A stretch of 64,000 nucleotides of DNA from Takakia lepidozioides. Its lineage: Eukaryota > Plantae > Bryophyta. Position 1 is the first letter of the stretch; each line of letters begins with the position of its first letter. Made by a program: the position numbers and the translations under genes. Location: the NCBI GenBank assembly GCA_030704615.1, contig CM060734.1, forward strand, positions 48,732,001-48,796,000, read 5' to 3'. Under the pieces are notes generated by a model. It had not been told where the DNA came from and did not search any database. It saw only the letters and a list, made by a program, of their open reading frames with translations. Below, in pieces: positions 38,499 to 51,980 of this stretch.

Positions 38499-39020
38499 TG
38501 CGACCTCCAAATGGTGGTGGTCGCAGAATTTATCTTATTTTTTAATAGTTGCGACCACCAGCAGGGGTGGTCGCATTTTTTGTTTTTTCTTAAACAGTTA
38601 CGACCACCGCTACTGGTGGTCGCACAATTTTTATTTTATTTGTAATAGGTGCGACCACCATCAGGGGTGTGGTCGCACAATTTTTATTTTATTTGTAATA
38701 GGTGCGACCACCAGCATGGGGTGGTCGCAGATTTTTTCTGTTTTTTTAATATGTGCGACTACCAGCATGGGGTGGTCGCAGCAATTTTTTTTATTGACTA
38801 CCAGCAGGGGGGGGGGTCGCAGCAATTTTTATTTATTGACCACGAGCATGGAGGTGGTGGCAATATATATATTTTTTTAATAGGTGCGACCACCAGCAGG
38901 GGGGTGGTCGCAGCAATTTTCTGATTTTTAATATCTGCGACCACCAGCATGAGGGTGGTCGCAGCAGTTTTAAAAAAGAAATAACATGCGACTTCCTCGT
39001 GCGATCTGGAGCGGTCGCAA
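38499..39020. repeat. Hairpin array TGCGACCACC-N6-8-GGTGGTCGCA with T-rich spacers (~11 units, ~50-bp period)
   Basis: Units at ~38499, 38550, 38600, 38650, 38703, 38754, 38796, 38838, 38885, 38936, 39000. Confidence 0.95.
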
Positions 39021-39399
39021 CATTGGATTTTGATTCGTCAAGCGTGTGAGGCTTGGAGGCTGGAGGATATATAAGGTGGTCCCAATGCCCTTCACTTCTT
39101 TTGTGGCAAACACTTTTGTGACGAATGAATGTTCTATATTCCTTGAGCAAGAGTGTAAGCCCAAGAGGAGGGTGCGGACCGTTTGCTATTGTGGCTTCCA
39201 CCAGAGCCACTGCAGCAAATTGTCAAAAAGCACAATACTACATGGTGCATTGATCCACTTGGATTGATGCCGTAGTGTTGGGCCATCGCATTCTGTTCTA
39301 ACTTCTATTGCTCTTGACAAATCTACCAAGTACACCAGTGTTCTTCGTTCAACCTTAAGTCTGTGGTTAGGGTTTTGGGTGTGAGGATGAGGGAGGAGT

Positions 39400-41407
39400 G
39401 GATCCCTTGGTTCACCGTAGACCTGCACAAAAAGGACGGTGTTCAATGCAATCTATGGGCATTGAAGCTGGAGGAACGCAAAGATCGCATGTTATATCAT
39501 CTCGGCTATAGAGATGGGAAGAATGCAAGGGTTAGTTTGTGCCCAAAAGCCTTCATGCGAGTGAAAGCCCACTTTGCCCAATGTGGAGGCATCACCGGAT
39601 CTTTAACCCTAGTTAACGTCTTCGCATCCAAGGCGTGCATCTCTCTTGGTGCATCCCATGTCATTGTCTCCCCCCAGTGCTGCCAATTTAAAAAATCGTA
39701 AGACGATACATCTAATGGGCATGTTGTACTGGTTGTACTCGTATCCCGTGGTCATATTGTCTTGCAACCCAAACAACTCGTAGAAACGTCGATGGATTGG
39801 TTCACGACAGTCAGGGCATTGGCTGGCTCGCATGGCTGCCAATATGAGACATGCGGGATGGAACAAATGGCCACATGAACCAAGCATATAGCCTCCCTCC
39901 GGTCCGTAAGGGCTTAGGCACATTGTGCACACCGTACCATCTGTTACCCATGACGCTGGATTGCTCCGTGGTATCCACGTCCGTTTATCCTCATGAATGT
40001 AGGATGACATCCTCGGCCTGCTGTCCCACCCCTCCTCTACTTCCAAATCCTAGTTTATGCTCTTATTGGTATCGGAAATTGTATGCACACATTGCTCAAA
40101 CATGACATCCACATCACCACATGTGGTGAATCCAGTGTACTTCGACGTGAATACATCACGCACAGTGTCGTGCCTTTGCAAATTAGCATAGATGCTATCT
40201 ACGCTTCGATTCGAACGTGCTGCACGTTGGAAGGAGCACAACGCTTATTCTATCCGTGTTTCCCGCAATGCTAGATGGCCCGCCCATATTACCCAATTCC
40301 GCCAATTCCCCTTCAACCATGGCCACGATCGGATTTGCATGGCATTTGAGTACCGATATGCAACAGCCCTAGCTTGCTCGCGTTCCCCCACAAGCTGCTC
40401 TAATTCATGTTCTTGGGCCGATGTAATTTGCACGGCTGAACATTCCCCAGTTTCCACTATGGGGTCCTTCCCTTTTCTTGCCCTCTCTGCCGTAAGTCTT
40501 TCTTCCTCAACCCTCACCGGGTCCAGTTCAGGCGTTTGCACTTCATTCCCATGCCCGATTGAGTCAACCCCGTCGATGACGCCGTCAATGTCCATTGGTG
40601 GCATATTCAAACGCGCCAATATGTCTTGCTCGTTGGTGATTGGCCTCGGGTCCTGAAGCACACCGCGTACGTTATCGAGAGTCTTCAACCCCATTCTTTC
40701 CAGCAACTTCGCTATTTTCCACCGTTGCAAATGAACAATATCATGCAAGTCCTTGATGTGCTGTTCATGTGCGGCCAACTGTTCCTCCAACGGAGAGCGT
40801 ACCTCGCCCCCCTCTACCTCAGATGTTGAAGGCCCGGCTGCAGAGACCTGTTGCGGCGTATAATCTGGAGGTTGGTCTGCCTTTCCTCCTTCTTCCACCT
40901 CGTCGTTTCCATCCAACCGTATGATGTCTTGCCCCTTACGTATATACAAGTCTGGGATATCAGAGAACATGTATAGTCTAGTACGTTGTCTCGCAATGGC
41001 AGTTTGTCAATCCATTGGTCGCAATAAAATCAACTCAATAAATACGAGACCTTGTTGTTGACGAACGGTTGACCCCACAATGTCGTATGTACCTCCTCTG
41101 CCCTGTGGCGAAAATGCGGGTTGGCGCAAGAATGTAAGCTAGCTTGATTTTGTTTGGTTTGTGGATCATGCCTATCTTTGGGCTACAAACGATTTATGTG
41201 ACACAAGTCCACAAATTTCCTGCAGTCACCAAGCGACCACCGCTGCCCCAACTTCCAAACTTCCCAACCTAGTTCCGCAAGAATGTTGGGGTCATTGTAT
41301 ATGTCCCAACGAAATTCGCGCCTGACCCCTTTTGGTTTTTTTTTTGGAGGTCCAGATTCATTATCGTCATCCCTGGGATGACCTCCTCTGTCTTCCTCCT
41401 CCGCCAT
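39400..41407 (-). pseudogene. RING-H2 protein pseudogene, copy 1 (NLS-like PPKKKPK, acidic/coiled-coil middle)
   Basis: CTMC...CGHLFHPAC...CPDC. ORFs 40245-40970, 40050-40241 and 39609-40046 are one frame broken by single stops; N-terminal piece at 41183-41407. Confidence 0.8.
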
Positions 41408-41815
41408 TTATGGCTCTGGCTTACCCCTACCCGACAGGTGTTTGCTAAGAAAAATGCTCTCCCAACCCTCATAAATCGTACCTAATCTTACTCCCTAATG
41501 AATCCTCCCCAAGTACTAGAGACACGTGTCACTCCCTCCGCAGTTCTAAGTGATATGACACAATGTGCAATGAAAAAAACGTGGGTGCCAGATGAGGGCT
41601 TCCCGGGAGGTACTCAACATCGATTTCGTAGAAACCAATGGCCCAAAATACCCCCCACCCAATCAATAACACCCCTCTCCACTTGGACTCAATGACAAGG
41701 AATGCAACATCCCATCGCCCACCAAGTCCTGGTGTGGAGAAAAGTGAGGGAGAGAATGACCTCGAAGGCCTTATAAGCCCCCCTCCACACTCGGGGCGCG
41801 CGCCGTCATCATGAC

Positions 41816-42390
41816 TGCGACCGCCAGCAGGGGGTGGTCGCATCATTTTTTTCTTTTCTTTATTATGTGCGACCACCAGCAGGGAGGTGGTCACAATTTT
41901 ATTTTTTATTTTTTTAATGGGTGCGACCACTAGCAGGGGGGTGGTCGCAGATTTTTTTATTTTTTTTAATGGGTGCGACCACCAGCAGGGGGTGGTCGCA
42001 GATTTTTTTATTTTTAATAGGTGCGACCACCAGCAGGGAGGTGGTCGCATAATTTTTCTTTTCTTTAATAGATGCGACCACCAGCAGGGGGGTGGTCGTA
42101 GGGGGGTGGTCGCATAATTTTTAATATCTACCAACAGTGAGTAGCTCAGTTGGTTAAGTGCACTGAGTGCGACTCGGACGATTCTGGGGTCAAATCTTGC
42201 TACTTGATGGTGGTATGGTTCGTGTGTGGTGCCCCATTCCTACGCCTCTTGGCGCATAAATGAAAGAGGTTATTTTCTCCTCTCACTACTAAGGGGCCTG
42301 ATTTGTGAGCTGTTGCTCCCAGGTGTTTCCCTAAAAATAAAATAAAATAAAATAAAATCTGCGACCACCAGCAGGGGGGTGGTCGGACCA
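41816..42390. repeat. Hairpin array TGCGACCACCAGCAGGGGGTGGTCGCA (~8 units), interrupted by a SINE
   Basis: Units at ~41816, 41868, 41922, 41974, 42023, 42073, 42360. Confidence 0.95.
42130..42358 (+). mobile_element. tRNA-derived SINE-like insertion
   Basis: A-box TAGCTCAGTTGG and B-box-like GGGTCAAATC, ~130-bp body, (AAAAT)n tail; ATCT on both sides. Confidence 0.6.
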
Positions 42391-42751
42391 TTTTTCTTTT
42401 TGTTAAATAGGTGCGAATAATATGTAGAGCAGTTTCATTCGGGCCCTGATTCTAGAGTGGTCCAGGAATTACTGTGGCCCAGGAATTAAAGTGGGGCGCC
42501 TATGAAGGAAGGCCACGTGTATTAATGAATGAGATAAGGGGGTCCAAAAAATAATGGAGGAATTGGCTAAATTTAGAATAGGGAGTCCTGCAGGGTTGAC
42601 ATGTATTCAAGGCCTTCTAGAAGGCTCCTACGGTCGGCGGGCTTCTAGAAGCTATTTACTGATTTAATAGGTAGTAAGTTAGTACGTAGTAACGGGGGGG
42701 TTCCCTTATATAGCCTCTCAGGGCGGTGGGAATATCCCACTGTCTCTTGAT

Positions 42752-44783
42752 GTGGCCGCAGCTTCTGAGCCAAACACTCTAGGTTCGAATCAAAATGTTC
42801 CTCAGAGTTGTACCCAGGGGGATCCTTGCAAGGCGTCTGGTGTTCGTGGAGAAGCCGGTGGGTCAGGAGCAACACCCGATTGTACGCCAGCACTTGTACG
42901 GACCAGACCATTGAGGCAACAATCAATGCAAGAAGGCTTAAATTTGTCGCACATGATGACTCTGGATAAGAAGTGGGCCCAATTTTTCTACGAGGCCGAT
43001 ATTCCGTTCAATGTCTTGAGGCTTCCTACGTTTGTGGCTGTTGTCAAAGCCACGTCCGATTCCAACTCCACATACACACCTCCGAGTTATCGCGATCTCC
43101 GCACAGGATTGCTAGAAGAGGCTATGTCTGACCTCACCCAAAAGGTGAATGCAAAGACAGGTGATTCTCTCCGAAAATATGGAAGCACTATATGTGCGGA
43201 CAGTTGGAGTTCTGTTACTAATCAAACACTGTTCAATGTCATGCTGGTTTGTCCTGCGGGGGAACAATTTTTGGGATCCGTTGACACAAGCGGGGAGAGA
43301 AAAGATGCACGAAGCAGGGTTGTTAACGAGTTTCATCGATAGAATTGGAGCTGATAAAATTGTCAAAGTGTGCACGGACAATGCATCTAACATGGTTAAT
43401 ATGGCCAATATTTTGATGGTACGATATCCCCATCTATATTACCAAGGGTGTGCTGCTCATATCTTTTATCTCTTTTTGGAGGATTGGGGAAAAGAATCAT
43501 GGATGAAACAACTAGTAAAAAGGGCAAAGTCGGTTGTGACGTTCATTCGTACACATCACATCCCTCTGGCATTGTTTAGAAAGCATGAACCCAAATACAG
43601 CCTTAGAAACCCGGGTGAAACCCACTTTGCCGCAAACTTTTTGATGGTGGATCGACTGGTGACTGTGAGGGCGGGTCTAGAGCAGGTGATCATTGACCCT
43701 CAATGGGATGCATATGTGGGCACCTTACGCGACTCTCGTAAGTCCAAGTCTTTGAGCAAAAGTTGGAGAGTCCGCGCAATCATTCACTCCGACAATTTCT
43801 GGGCGAAATGTGCAAATTTTGGGTACATGGTGGAGCCGGTGTTGATTGCTTTGCGGGAGTTTAATGGAAAACAACCAATAATGGATAAAACATGGTTGAT
43901 ATTGGAAAACCTTGAGAAGCACGTGCAATCCTTGAGGTGTCCTCCATTTTCTATGGACGATGATTTGGCGGCAAGGACCGAGGATGCATTTTACGACCGC
44001 AAACGGATGGTTCGCACGGACTTGCATTATGCGGGGGCCTTGCTGCATCCATTCTTGCTGGACAATACGGATTTGAGAGACGATGTGGATGCCAAAGCCG
44101 GGCTTGTACGGGTCATCATGCAATTTGCGCCCTTGAACATGGCAGAGCGAGCTTTGTCCGAGTACCAGTGCTTCTCGGATCACCAGAATCCTTTCCATGA
44201 CATGCCGGATTCAAAAGCAATGAACATGTTGCCACATGAATGGTGGGATCTGATTAGAGCTGGAGCAAGAACGTTAGCTCCCATTGCAAAGCGTATTCTT
44301 GCTCAAGTGTGTTTTGCCTCGTCCTGTGAGCGGAACTGGAGCAGTTACTCGTTTGTTCACAACAAGATTCGCAACAGGTTGAATCCTACCAGGGCTGACA
44401 AATTGGTTTATATCTACACAAATTGTAGGCTACTGCGAGAGATGACAGCTAGTGACGCATTTGCATGGGACGAGAAGAATTTGTTGTCTGAAGAATCTGC
44501 CTCAGAGGTCCAATCTAGCAGCAATGATGACACCGACGCCGCGAGGGACTCCGACGGTTGGGATGGGTCTAATGATATGGGCAATCCTCCATATGACCCA
44601 TATGAATTTAATAACGATGTTGTTGCAATGCATCCATCCTTCGATGACCATGTTGATGATGAACTGCGACATGGTGTCATCCCAATTGCGGACCCCCTTC
44701 CCCCAGTGGAGCACACTCTCAACAATGAAGTTGAGGTCAATTCTCCCCCACCACGAGTTCCACGGACTGCGGGAGATGTGTAG
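42752..44783 (+). pseudogene. hAT transposase (DUF659-type core + dimerisation domain), frameshifted near 43310, BED finger absent
   Basis: IPFNV...PPSY...GSTICADSW; TDNASNM; CAAH; WW...LAKRILAQ-like...SSCERNWSSY...RNRL...LVYIYTN. Confidence 0.92.
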
Positions 44784-45395
44784 GTCGAATCGTCGGATAA
44801 TGACAACCGGCCGTTGTCATTTCTTCACCGACATCGTGCCCCTGTGAACCGTGCTTCATCTCACGCCGCTCCATTTCATGTTTCTTTTCTCAAGCCGGTC
44901 CATCCCATGCTGGTCCATCTAGTCTCTCTCCCCCTCATGTAATTCTTTCCATTGCTACTCCAATCCTGGGAGATGCTTCTTCTGCTGCGGGACTTCTGTA
45001 AGTCGAACCATCGGATGACGACGACCGGCCATTGTCGTTTCATTTGGCCCGACGACGTCCGCATGTGAACCGTGCTCCCTCGACCCTCGCTGGTCCATCT
45101 CATGCCCCTTCCTCTCATGTTGGCCCCTCTGATGTACGTGCGAGTAGTCTTCCTCATACGAGACCTACTCCAAGGCCACCTGTAGAATAATAGAAAATTC
45201 TTTGTGGAGTAGCATTTAGAATTGGAGTGCAAATGAACAAGAATTGGATGTTAAATTGCACTATGGGGTTCGATAATTTGATAGAATTGGGTAGGATGCT
45301 AGAACGGAAGTAAATTCAGATAATGGGGATGATAATGGTAGGAATGGGGTTATTAGGATAGATGTTAGCCCATTGAATCAGTGCTAGGTAGTTAT

Positions 45396-46125
45396 TGTCG
45401 CGGCCCTTTGCCTTGAGGGCAGGGGGTCGGGACACATGAGGGGCTGCCCCTGTGGTGGGGGTAGCGGCAGCGATAGGTACGGGGGGCTGAAGCACCCTTG
45501 AGTGCCCAAAGCACTCAAGGAGGCGGAGGTGCTCACTAGGTGGAGCCCCGCATACCGGGAGGCGGTGGGGGTGGCTTCACAAAAGGGGTGGTGGTAGCTT
45601 AGCGGGACTTAGTGGGGGTGGCATAGGACTCACCATGGGGGCGGAGACCTCGTGGTGGGAGTCGTGGGGAGTCTTGGGACTCATCACGGTCCATAGGGGC
45701 CGTGGTGAGTGGGCCAAGACTCACCGCGACTCATCACCGGGAGTCGAGGGTTTTCGTGGTGGTTCGCCATAAAATGGCATGGCTGGTTGTGAAACCCCCG
45801 CGGACAGCTACAGAAGTATATATAAGGGGAGTAGTGACCCCGAGAACGGTGCAAGCCCATTGGTGACCAAAAACTAGTGAGTAAGCGAGCGAGCCGGAAA
45901 GCGACCAAAGAGTGGGGAGCTGTTCCGGACTGCCATCTACCAAAGGGAATTCCACTAGGCCCAAATAGGTGGAGGGTTTAGTGGGAGAGCGAAGGGGGAC
46001 CGTTATGTCCCGGTGAGCAGCCGAAGCTCCAAGTTGGCCCGGCGGCCAGGTTGGGAGTCAGGCGCGCGCATCAAAGCGAGTAACTATGACTTGAAGGGGA
46101 GCTTACCGAAGTGAGGTGCGCGACA
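45396..46125 (+). repeat. 5' LTR of E (730 bp)
   Basis: TGTCGCGG...GCGCGACA; homologous to the D LTRs but more diverged than they are from each other. Confidence 0.96.
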
Positions 46126-48885
46126 CTTGGTATCAGAGCTTAGAGTTCAGTACGCGATCGTCCTTGGGATTGGCCTCATCATGGGGTCGGGCAAGCCAAA
46201 GTGAAAGCGGAACGGCCCAAAAGATGATGATCCTGGTGAGCCCGATGGGGGCGACGTGTCACCGAAGCGGCCGTTTGAGGAAGCGACGCAGGTTTCTGAA
46301 AACGAGGCCGCTCAAGAGCGGGAGGAATCCGAGGAGTCGGAGCCCGAGGAATCCCTGAGAGCTCCGACAGACCAACAGATGCCTCCCATGCCGGCAGCTT
46401 TTTGGGAAGGGTTGTTGGTGCAGTTTGGCGGGACGTTGAAAGACGTGTTGAAGGCAGCTAATGCCACTTCCACTAAGGCAAAGTTTAAGGTGGAGCCTAA
46501 GGAACCCAGCACCTTCGAGGGCGTCCGAAATCGGAGCAGTACTTCCGGGCGGCCAAGTTGAGTGACGAGGATCGGGTGGAAGTGGCTCCCACCTATTTGA
46601 GGGGCTATGCTCAACAATGGTGGCAGAAACGCCTTCACGACCGAGGTCCAAGTCCGGAAACCTTGAACTGGAGTGGGTTCAAGGAATTGATGAAGCGACA
46701 GTTTGTGCCCCTCAACGCGTCCTGGCTTGCCCGGGACAAGATGAGGAATTTGAAGCAAACAGACGACATTCGGGGATATGTCCAGGCTTTCAATGTGTTT
46801 TTGCTCGAAGTCGCGGACATGGCAGAACCGGAAATGGTCTTCAACTTTGTGGCGGGACTGGCCCCATGGGCCCAAGCGGAAGTTGGAGGAGAAGCCACCT
46901 AAGACTTTGAACGAGGCAATTGAGAGGGCTGAATGTTTCTCAGATGTCCCTAGGGGTGAAAGACAAGGCCGTATGGAGCTGAACCACAAGAAGACCCGGC
47001 GGGAAGGTGACTCCTTCCGACCGGAAAAGAAGTGGGATAGGCCACGCGGCGACAATGGCACGTGGAAATCGAAGGGAGGGCCTTCACACGTCAAGGCGGC
47101 ACCCGGTGCTTCGAAAGGAAAAGCGGGTGGAGCGGCTTATGGCGGACAGAAGGCGACCTTTGATGGAGTGTGTTTCAATTGCGGAGAGCCCGGGCACATG
47201 GCCAAGAAGTGCACGAAACCCCGACAATTGAACATGACTCGGGCAACCACGGAGCTGTCGGAAGATACCATCAGTCGCTTGGTGGAAGCGGTGGTCGCCA
47301 GGACTTGCAAGGTAGGCAAATATTCTTGTGAGTTGTATCAGGAAACTGGCGCATTGCGTAAAGGGAGTCACTTATTGTTCGTGGATGGGATAATATCCGG
47401 AACTAACGTGTCATTGTTGGTGGACACAGGAGCGTCGCACTCCTTCATTACACCGACAACGGCACAAAAGCTGGGACTCCCGACAACTGACGTAGGGGCC
47501 TCTATTGAGGTGCGTTCTGCCAAAGGAGAACCTCAATTGGCGACGAGGTTGGCGTTCAATGTTCCTCTTCAACTGGGGAGTTGGGAGGGACGTGAGAACT
47601 TCACCGTCTGCGAGACTGATGGAGTGGATCTCATTTTGGGGATGACCTTTTTGAGCAAATCCGGAGCGGTCATAGATGGCCGCAAGAGGGTAGTCACGCT
47701 GCCATGTTGGAATGGTGGCGAGGTCTTACGAGTTTCGGAAACGCCCAAACCCGTGGGAGGGCGAATAAACCTTCTGTCAGCAAGGGAGTGGGCCGTGGAG
47801 GAGGCACACGAGCCCCAGTTTTTGCTCTACATTAGAGAAGTGAAGGGAGAAGGCGATGGAGAGCCGAGCCCAGATTGGATCAAGGGGATTTTGGAGAAAT
47901 ACCATGATGTGATGCCGGAGGATTTGCCAAGCGGCTTGCCACCGCGAAGAGGAGTTGACCACAAGATTGAGGTGATACCGGGATCGGAACCGCCTGCCAA
48001 GGCGCCCTACCAATTGAGCCACAGAGAGTTGGTCGAGCTGAAGACTCAGCTCAAGGATCTAATGTCAAAGGGGTACATCCGGCCGAGTAAGTCACCTTAC
48101 GGAGCCCTGGTGCTATTTGCAGACAAGAAGGATGGGACGCTGCGGATGTGTGTCGATTACAGGGCTCTGAATAAGGTGACTATCAAAAACCGGTACCATT
48201 TGCCAAGGATCGACGACCTCTTCGATCGGTTGGCAGGAGCGAAGTATTTCAGCAGGATCGACTTGCGCTCCGGCTATCATCAAATTCGGGTGGCGGAAGG
48301 AGATGAAGAGAAGGCCGCGTGCAGGACAAGGTATGGTTCATATGAGTTCTTGGTGATGCCTTTTGGGCTCACCAATGCACCAGCGACATTTAGCACGCTG
48401 ATGAACAGCCTTTTCCAGGAGTGGTTGGATGACTTTGTGATCGTGTACATCGACGACATCTTGGTGTACTCGAAAACAAAGGAGGAGCACCTGGAGCACC
48501 TGAAAAGGGTGTTCCAAAAATTGCGAGAAGGGAAGTTGTATGCCAAAGCTTCAAAGTGCGAATTCGGGGTCACAAAAGTGGAGTTCCTGGGGCATGTGAT
48601 TACACAGGATGGGATCAGAATGGATGACAGGAAGGTGAGGGCAATTTTGGACTGGGAGCCTCCGACTTCGGTCCCGGGGGTGCGATCCTTCCTAGGACTC
48701 GCCTCCTATTACCGGAAGTATGTGAGAAATTTCGCCAAAATCGCGGGGCCGCTGTCAGACCTTCTGTGTAAATCTAAAGTCTGGGCATGGAACACCTTTT
48801 GTGGCCAAGCTTTTGCTGAATTGAAGCAGCGGATGGCGGAAGCTCCAGTCTTGAAAATCCCGGAGTTCGATCGTTCGTTCGAGAT
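45396..48885 (+). mobile_element. Truncated chromovirus E (same family as D): 5' LTR, PBS, gag, PR, RT
   Basis: LTR 45396-46125, PBS TGGTATCAGAGC 46128-46139, gag-pol ORF 46778-48964 whose homology stops at FDRSFEI. Confidence 0.95.
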
Positions 48886-49404
48886 ACCTTTGCATTGGTC
48901 GGACCAGATGTGGGCATATCCGAGATCAAAAAGTGGGAAGGAGATCAGGACCTGCCTGGCATGAACTACAAGAAGAGGAAGAAGGCATTGTCACAAATTG
49001 GATTTGCTCTGGCCGGCGGAACAGATGGACAGCTGGGACACTGTCACTTAAACAGGAGAGGCTGGACGACGAAGCAAGCTCAGGGATGGAGCACGAAAAC
49101 TATGGCCAAGGAAGAAGGCCATGAAATTGGCATGATAAGCTGCATGGAAACCAGGTGGTGGTGTCAGCTTGAGAACAACACTGCTCGCACCAGCCAGACA
49201 GAATTGGCCATGAAGATTCTGAGCAGAGAGGGGCTTTCCTTTGCTGAAGGCCAAGGCATGACAATCAAAAACAATATTATAAACGGACCTCTCCAAGATA
49301 TCAGGAGCAGAAACAGAAAGGGAATCAACACAATGTACCTGTTGGGAGTACCTTATGATCCTGGAAGGGAAGCTGGACGATGGTGCAGGCTGAAAGATAA
49401 AGCA

Positions 49405-49745
49405 GGCAAGGAGACCCATGCTGATATCATTGAAGCTGGAATTGTGCCAAGTATCATCTTGGGCACTTCCCTCGTGGACAGGGATGCCAAATGTTGGAGC
49501 ATCATGGATGCACAGCAAGTGGTTGAAGAGGCACCTGATCGAGATGTGTCTACATGGGATATAATGACGGCAGGGTATGCCAAGCACGGATCTGGTAAGG
49601 AGACCTTGAAGATCTGCGAAAAAGTGAGACCAGAGGGGTTGAAACCCGATAGGATCTCGGTCACTTATGTTCTAAATGGGTGAGCCAGCTTTTCAGACCT
49701 GGAAAGTGGTGAAGATATCTCTGCAGACATTTTCAAGGAACTGTG
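49405..49745 (+). pseudogene. Degenerate PLS-class pentatricopeptide-repeat (PPR) gene fragment
   Basis: HADIIEAG...GTSLVD..AKC.SIMDAQQV...DRDVSTWDIMTAGYAKHG.GKETL...EGLKPDRIS...VLNG follows the L-S-P-L PPR consensus. Confidence 0.8.
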
Positions 49746-50010
49746 GAGCAGAAACGGATGTGGAATTTACACGCTGTACCTTATGGAAGGGAAGCTGCAC
49801 GCAGATGCAGGATGAGAGATGGGGCAAACAAGGAATGGGTAAGAAGTAGGCGGGACTTGAAACCCTTCATACCACCAGTAGGTGGTCAGCCGATGAAGGT
49901 GGTCAGTGAGGACCCTGACACTTAAAAAGGGAGACACACTACATATGTAGTGTGAATGCAGGGGAGTAACATTAAATTTTTTGTTTTACCCACTAAGATT
50001 TTGCATTGCT

Positions 50011-50187
50011 ACAAAGGGAGTGCCCTGGTACCAATGATGGGCGGAATACATCCTTGCCTACAGGTTGTTTCATGGGCACACTATGCTGATACTTTGCCAC
50101 AAAGGGAGTGCCCTGGTACCAATGATGGGCGGAATACATCCTTGCCTACAGGTTGTTTCATGGGCACACTATGCTGATACTTTGCCA
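50011..50187. repeat. Perfect 88-bp tandem duplication
   Basis: ACAAAGGGAGTGCCCTGG...ATACTTTGCC at 50011 and 50099. Confidence 0.97.
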
Positions 50188-51698
50188 GGATGAAAGTGGC
50201 TAAGTCGTGACCAGGCGTGTTTTCATCCATAGGATGAATGTCTTTCATCGCTGATGATTACCCTAGAAACGCGGGTCGATGAAGATGAAGGGGAAGATGA
50301 CGGGCACTCTGAGCAGATGCTGCGAACAGTGGAATTGGCAGGGCATTGTGTCAAGGGAAATTGCATCTGCACTGGCGCATTCTGGCTTGCATTAAGAGAA
50401 GCGTTAAAGGGCACAGCTTGGTAATCTGTGCAGCAGGGGAAGCGGTGCCGCCTTCTTCTTGGTAATGATCAGTTTCTGGAGGATAAGCTTACAGGGAGAG
50501 CGGTGCAACACCTGTGCCACCATTGCCTTGATGAACATGGTCATGGGATGATGAGCATGCAAGGGAAGCAGCCAGCTGCCAGAGAACAGGGAAGTGGAGT
50601 TGTGGCACAATCAATGGAGAGATAGAGCAGCTCGACACAATAAGCAGCTGCCAAAGCGAATGAGAGGCTGGCTTGTGTGGATGGTAACTCAGGTTATCTG
50701 TAATTAAAACTTTCAGATGATCATTGTCTTCTTGTTATAGGATCATATCATATCTTAGGGTAGAATTGCTCATATAGTAAGATAGGGTAGTTAGTTGGCA
50801 AGCTACAGGGATGTTGCCATAGGCTGAAGCAGAGCCGTCATGACTTAATGAACGCTGGAATCAAGACGACAAGAGGAGTTAAGGTAGCTGCTGACGGAGA
50901 TGGTGAGGTGCCATTTTGGGCAGGCAGACCCACCGCTTCACTGGAGTATAAGACAGATAAGTTCGTAGATTCTCTCACTTAGGAATAGTGGCTTCTCTCA
51001 CTTAGGAATAGTTGCTATGGAATTTTGGTAGAGATACTCTCAATGGAAATGAGAGAGACAGAAAAAGATTTTGGAAAATGGAATGGAGACTTCTGGAATT
51101 CATACCAATCCTGGTGGTAGAGAGAAAGTGAGGCAGGGTGGAAGTTATGTGGAGTGCTGCAAGAAGTTGGGAAGTCAGTTCTTAACATATGATGCTTCCT
51201 GTTTTGGGAGGATGTGAATGAGGGAGAGTAAAGAAGAAGTGCCCATGACTTACAATGAGGGCAACATGCATATAATTAGGTTAGGCAGTAGCATTTTCAG
51301 AGAGAATGACTCAGGTGGAAGTAAACTTGTTGGCTGCAGATTGCATGATATACTTAGAAGCATGCAGGGGCTGAGGCTTGCAACAGAGAAGATCACTTGA
51401 GGGTGATTATTGGTAGCCCATTTGTATCTGCAAGAAGGGATTGAGAGGGTTGAAAGTGTCATATGTCCTTGATGCAAAGGGATGGGGAAAAGAGATACTA
51501 TTTCACAAATATATCACATCGCATTTGTGAAAATGTATCACATGAATCGTTCCATGTGGCCTACGGAAGTCTTCGATGGATATGAGATCAATGTGGCCTA
51601 CAAGATCAGCTTCCACCAACAAACATGTGATCATTTCAGAAGCATTTGAAGCGACGATGAGCAAGATTCTTCATCGAGATGTTCAACATGCTGAGGTA

Positions 51699-51980
51699 TT
51701 TTGTAATGTCTCTTGCTTCGTAATGAGGTGCTTCTCCAACTCTTATTTTTCCAATGTTGATATTCTCCATTTGGAACATATCCACACATGCGTATATAAA
51801 TACTTAAAAATCAAATGACCATCAAAACTAGGATAAGACTTATAAAAGTGGAGATGGTCATTTGTTTATTTAAAGGTTTCTGCACACATGTGTGGATTTG
51901 TTCCAAGTGGATAACATCGACATATTAGATAAAGTGGACATGGAGAAGCACCGCATTACGAAGAAGGAGACACTACAAAA
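51699..51980. repeat. Foldback / MITE-like long imperfect inverted repeat (~125-bp arms)
   Basis: TTTTGTAATGTCTC...CTTCGTAATG.GGTGCTTCTCCA pairs with TGGAGAAGCACC.CATTACGAAG...GAGACACTACAAAA; inner AAATGACCATC pairs with GATGGTCATTT. Confidence 0.85.

Larger units (their letters stand above)
38273..42420. mobile_element. Left end of a second multigene DNA element (family F), inserted in C
   Basis: Abrupt junction CAGGGTTGCACATGTC followed by GTCAC/TGACG microrepeats; hairpin arrays flank a RING pseudogene; no transposase in view. Confidence 0.55.

Noticed and set aside
38499-39020. CRISPR array or rho-independent terminators (hairpin + T tract)
   Set aside because: Spacers are simple poly-T/A, arrays occur in both orientations and the surrounding genes are eukaryotic.
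42137-42207. Functional tRNA gene
   Set aside because: Anticodon loop and T-arm are non-canonical, the acceptor stem pairs poorly, and a body plus A-rich tail follows; a SINE fits better.
49946-51480. A defined LTR after the PPR fragment
   Set aside because: No second copy or clear terminal inverted repeat in the window.
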